Part shown: piece after piece, positions 60,381 to 64,000 of the stretch
How positions within the stretch are numbered: position 1 is the stretch's first letter
Layout: every line of letters starts with the position of its first letter
Source: Takakia lepidozioides
Taxonomy: Eukaryota > Plantae > Bryophyta
DNA: 64,000 nt
Direction: 5' to 3'
Assembly: GCA_030704615.1 (NCBI GenBank)
Contig: CM060733.1
Location: 62,186,001 to 62,250,000, forward strand
The notes under the pieces: generated by a model
What the model was told of the DNA's origin: nothing
Database searches by the model: none
The model's input: the letters and a program-made list of their open reading frames with translations, nothing else
Translations under genes and position numbers: made by a program

Positions 60381-61082
60381 TCACCAAGTCGACGGAACTT
60401 CGATACCCCTCAAAACAAGCTCATCACTGCTGCGGCACCTCGAGGTAAACTGCAATTCGGTCGTTCTGCTGCCCTTGCTGGAGCCGACGACAATGTCATG
60501 TCCATCAATGATACCACCATCATACATTGACAATGTCACTGTGGGCCTCATGTGCCCGTGCGATTCGTCTTCGCAACTCAGCCGAATGTCTCCATACACT
60601 GGAAGAGCGGAGTGATCTGCACGTATATAGTTTTCCCCGGTGCCGTCCTCCCTGGTCCACTGGCAGCAGTTCCAGCGCCAAAGCGAGGCCGTGCGTGATC
60701 TGTCCGGCATCCCTTTCCAGCTTGGTATATCGAGGTCAACAATTTTCAGGACCCACGGACCGCATTGACCCTCGCCCTCACCTCGCTCAAAGCGGTAATA
60801 GCCCTCCAGATACTCCATTGCGCGCAAAGACTCTTGCTTGATTCCAGCAGCGTCTGTGAAAACAGAGAGCCAGACAATGATGTCTCCTGATTCTGGTTTG
60901 AACATAGCATAATCGTGGCCATGATAAGGGCAGTCGGCTGGATTTCGGCGGCACGGCATCCTTGAAAAAGAGTAGCGGAGTACGCTCAATGACAGCAGCT
61001 CCCGGATGGAGGAGGTGCAGCGCGGTGGCTGGAAAAAGTTCAAGCTAACGCTGCAATTCCTCACAAACACTCCAGGGCACAT
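60381..61082 (-). CDS. Cargo paralog 2, intact
   Basis: 233-aa open ORF. Confidence 0.75.
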   Translation of the reverse strand: MCPGVFVRNCSVSLNFFQPPRCTSSIRELLSLSVLRYSFSRMPCRRNPADCPYHGHDYAMFKPESGDIIVWLSVFTDAAGIKQESLRAMEYLEGYYRFERGEGEGQCGPWVLKIVDLDIPSWKGMPDRSRTASLWRWNCCQWTREDGTGENYIRADHSALPVYGDIRLSCEDESHGHMRPTVTLSMYDGGIIDGHDIVVGSSKGSRTTELQFTSRCRSSDELVLRGIEVPSTW

Positions 61083-61343
61083 TTAAATTTCCCCCCTACA
61101 AGATCCTGGACCGATGAAGATTGGCTGCTTCATGAATGTAGCCGTTTCAGTTTCCTACCCTGCAATGCAAACTATGGGCACTCACTGCCAGGTGGGCCGA
61201 TAGCCACTGGACACGACGAAGTCCATCCCCTCTTCGATGTAAATGCGGCGCCGAATTTCCATCCGGGGGGATGGACTTCGGTGGCAGATCTCAAACTATA
61301 ACTTCTTGATGAGAAAGATGTATGGGTTCATCCACCTCCGTCG

Positions 61344-62054
61344 GTGGGTACGTGGGACCCAGATGCTCCATTATTGGAGGCCGGACTGCTCTTCCGCTTC
61401 GCATCATTTCCAAAATCTAAGGGCTTCGTAGCTGTCCGCAAGGTCATTGTCATCTGCATCCAAGTCGTCCTCAGGTCCTCCTTTGCAAGGATGCCGTGCT
61501 TCCGGAACCGGGACGACTGCCCATTTGGAGGCATCGATTATGCAATGTATTCGGCCACATCAGGAGACATTGTTATCTGGTACACAGATTACACAGAAGA
61601 TACTGGTTCGATTGTGGAAACATTGGTGGCTTTTGAGTATATCGTAGGCCACTACGCCTTCGAGCGGGGTGACGATCTTGGTCTGAGGAGTCCGTGGCTC
61701 CTGCGCATCCTTGATTCCGATTTTCCCAGCTACGACGGTCACCCATGCAGAAGAAGGCGCACTGCTATGCTGTTGCGGTGGCACTGCTGCCACTGGACGT
61801 GGGTGGACTCCATCGGAGAGACCTATTCTCCTGAAGGAGTGCGCTCCTCTTCTCCATTGTATGGGGACATTCGCATTGGTGTGGACGACGAAAACGTGAA
61901 GATTTCCATATTCGATGGTGGTATGATTGAAGGGCAGGACATTGTGGTGAACATCAGTAGGGGCGGTACAACGGCTGCAATAGACTTTACCTGGAGGAGC
62001 CCCATGACTCATGAGCTAGTTCTGAGAGCAGTCGAAGTCCCATTGACAACGTGA
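61344..62054 (+). CDS. Cargo paralog 1, intact
   Basis: 236-aa open ORF, homologous to 11847..12683. Confidence 0.75.
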   Translation: MGTWDPDAPLLEAGLLFRFASFPKSKGFVAVRKVIVICIQVVLRSSFARMPCFRNRDDCPFGGIDYAMYSATSGDIVIWYTDYTEDTGSIVETLVAFEYIVGHYAFERGDDLGLRSPWLLRILDSDFPSYDGHPCRRRRTAMLLRWHCCHWTWVDSIGETYSPEGVRSSSPLYGDIRIGVDDENVKISIFDGGMIEGQDIVVNISRGGTTAAIDFTWRSPMTHELVLRAVEVPLTT

Positions 62055-62517
62055 CTTGTATTCAGTAGGCACATGGCTCAAGATTTGATGGCACAATCAG
62101 CACAGTAGACGTGCTTCAAATGCAATTCATGTGGATCAATAAAAACCTCATTGTGCCCTCTTTTTATTCTATTCTGTGTCCATCGTTCCGAGAATGCGTC
62201 ATTGCTCATTTCGTTTGGGATTGGGAGTGGGGGTGGATTTCGCAAGTGGCTGGTAGGCTGAAATGGGCCCCCATTGTACAGAGCAGTACCACCCTACCAT
62301 TCGCGAAACATTGCCTTTCAATATATAATTCTAAATAACATTGCCGAACCTCCTTCATCGGGAGGTCCTTCTCCCCCTATGACCGTGGCACCCTAAACCC
62401 TATTCCCGCGGACACTCATTTCCGGAAAATAGTGCTGCTCATGTTTTTTTCCACACTTACGACTCTGCTCATGGCTCATGCCGCTCATGGCTCATGGCTC
62501 ATGAAATAGTAGCCCCC

Positions 62518-64000
62518 GATTCGGGCCCAGACCTCTCATTCTGCATCTGGCCAAACATAACTCCAATTTATGCAAGTCCTCATTCTTAGAGCTGTACACA
62601 CTGAAATCATCCAAGAACACCTGCATGAAATCATCCAGATACTCATGAAAAGATTCACTTATCACTCTCTGAAAGGTTGCTGGTGCATTACAAAGTCCAA
62701 AGGGCATGACTTTGTATGCATAAGCACCCCAGTCTGTGATGAAAGCTGTCTTTCCCTGGTCTTCTTCTGCCACTTGCACTTGATTATAACCACTGAAGCC
62801 ATCCATGAATGAGTACATCTCATGGCCTGCCACAGTGTTCAATACTGCTTCTGTGAATGGTAATCCTTCTTCGTGCAAGCATTCAACTTCTTATAGATCA
62901 CACAAACTCTTAGTTTACTATTCTTCTTGGGAACTATCACAATGGGTGACAACCAAGTTGTATACTCTATTGGGTATATAAACTTAGCCTCAGCCAACTT
63001 CTTGATCTCTTCTCCAACCTTTTGTGCATAGTTGGGATTCATTCTGTACCTAGCCTGCTTGATTGGTACTGACCCTTGTTCCAGTTCAATCTTATGCTGA
63101 CAGATCTCAGGTGGTATCCCTTTTAGATCCTCGTAGCTCCAAGCAAATACATCTCTGTATTTGATGAACAAACTCTTAGCTTCTTCAAAGAATTCTGGCT
63201 CCAAATCAGCTCCTACCTTCACCATCCTCGGTTCCTCTTTAGTTCCCACATTCACTTCCCTCACTTGCTCATCAGCTTTGATTGTCCAACCAGTCACCAC
63301 TTCATCCTTTAAACTCACAGTGGCTGGTTCCTCTAGGATTTCCATTTCTCCTTCTTTTTCTTCATAGAAATGTGATGGGTAACTGCTGGTTTCCTCATCA
63401 ATCGGTGTTGTTGACACTACACCACAGCAGATACCCCTTAAACAACTTAGGCCTTCCAGCCGCATCTCTGCAACCTGCTCCCACTCTGGGTGTGCAACAA
63501 ACAGGGTAGCTTCCTGCTCCTCATCCAGTCCTCCTCTCCAGTCATACTCTCTGACTCCTCGAGGTCTTCTCGTAGCAGGTAATCTACTAGATTTCTTAGT
63601 GGTAATTTGTATCTCGTGTATCCCATCATGCACAGTTAGTAACTGAGAATTCCAGTCATGGAATACCCTGGCCTGTTTCAGCCACGGACGTCCCAACAAT
63701 AAGGAGTAAGCTTCCATGACTTCATCCATTTTTAACACAGTTACTGTGATCATAAAGATCATATTTTGAATCTGTATCTTAACTCCTCTTATCAATCCCA
63801 ATGGCTGTACACTTCTTTGATCTGCCATTGTTACTGTAAATGGGGCTGGCTTCATGTTACTTAGACCAAGCTTCTGCCTTTATTGGTCTGTCATGATGTT
63901 CACTCTAGAGCCTCCATCTATCAGTACATCAGTTAGTTCTGTGCTTCCAATTCTCAATTGGATTACTGGCATAGAATTATCAAAGTCCATGACTGTTTCT
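62518..64000 (-). pseudogene. pol: Gypsy pol: protease and reverse transcriptase, cut by A3
   Basis: LLGRPWL, WLSPIVIVPKK, DGFSGYNQ, MPFGLCNAPATFQR and VFLDDF (Athila-like FxDD). One frameshift near 62860. Confidence 0.92.

Larger units (their letters stand above)
52857..62517 (-). mobile_element. Element A3: inverted copy of the left ~9.7 kb of A, running into the gap
   Basis: Ends GCTCATGAAATAGTAGCCCCC at 62517. Reverse complement of 11384-~21070. Confidence 0.92.

Noticed and set aside
62518-62526. A3 left end as the partner of the right end at 26606 or 40059
   Set aside because: The flank (GCCCGAATC in element orientation) matches neither AAACTGTTC nor TGAAACAAG, and a gap intervenes.

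Overview
Eukaryotic, almost certainly plant, repeat-nest DNA with GT-AG introns and no host gene. An Athila-like (non-chromoviral) Ty3/Gypsy LTR retrotransposon family is interleaved with a family of large Mutator-like (MULE) DNA transposons. Three near-identical subfamily A copies are present (11384-26606, 40059-48468, 52857-62517), plus three subfamily B copies (1-1051, 27183-32626, 32855-39198) and one distant relative (48469-~50937). They have short imperfect 21-bp TIRs, CATGAGC subterminal repeats and 9-10 bp TSDs. Besides a GCM-like/DDE/SWIM transposase, the elements carry a divergently transcribed multi-exon gene fusing a ParB/Srx-like domain (DGNHRLLA) to a beta-class amino-DNA-methyltransferase-like fold with an atypical DIPD motif IV. 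They also carry arrays of a subfamily-specific 22-bp palindrome spaced at exactly 53 bp in both subfamilies despite unrelated spacers. Subfamily A additionally has a head-to-head pair of paralogous unknown genes. Together this suggests a transposon-borne ParB/parS-like or VANC-like self-recognition and epigenetic module, which is inference and untested. All five mappable insertion sites fall in Gypsy pol, and TSD pairing shows that 26607-40058 is inverted.
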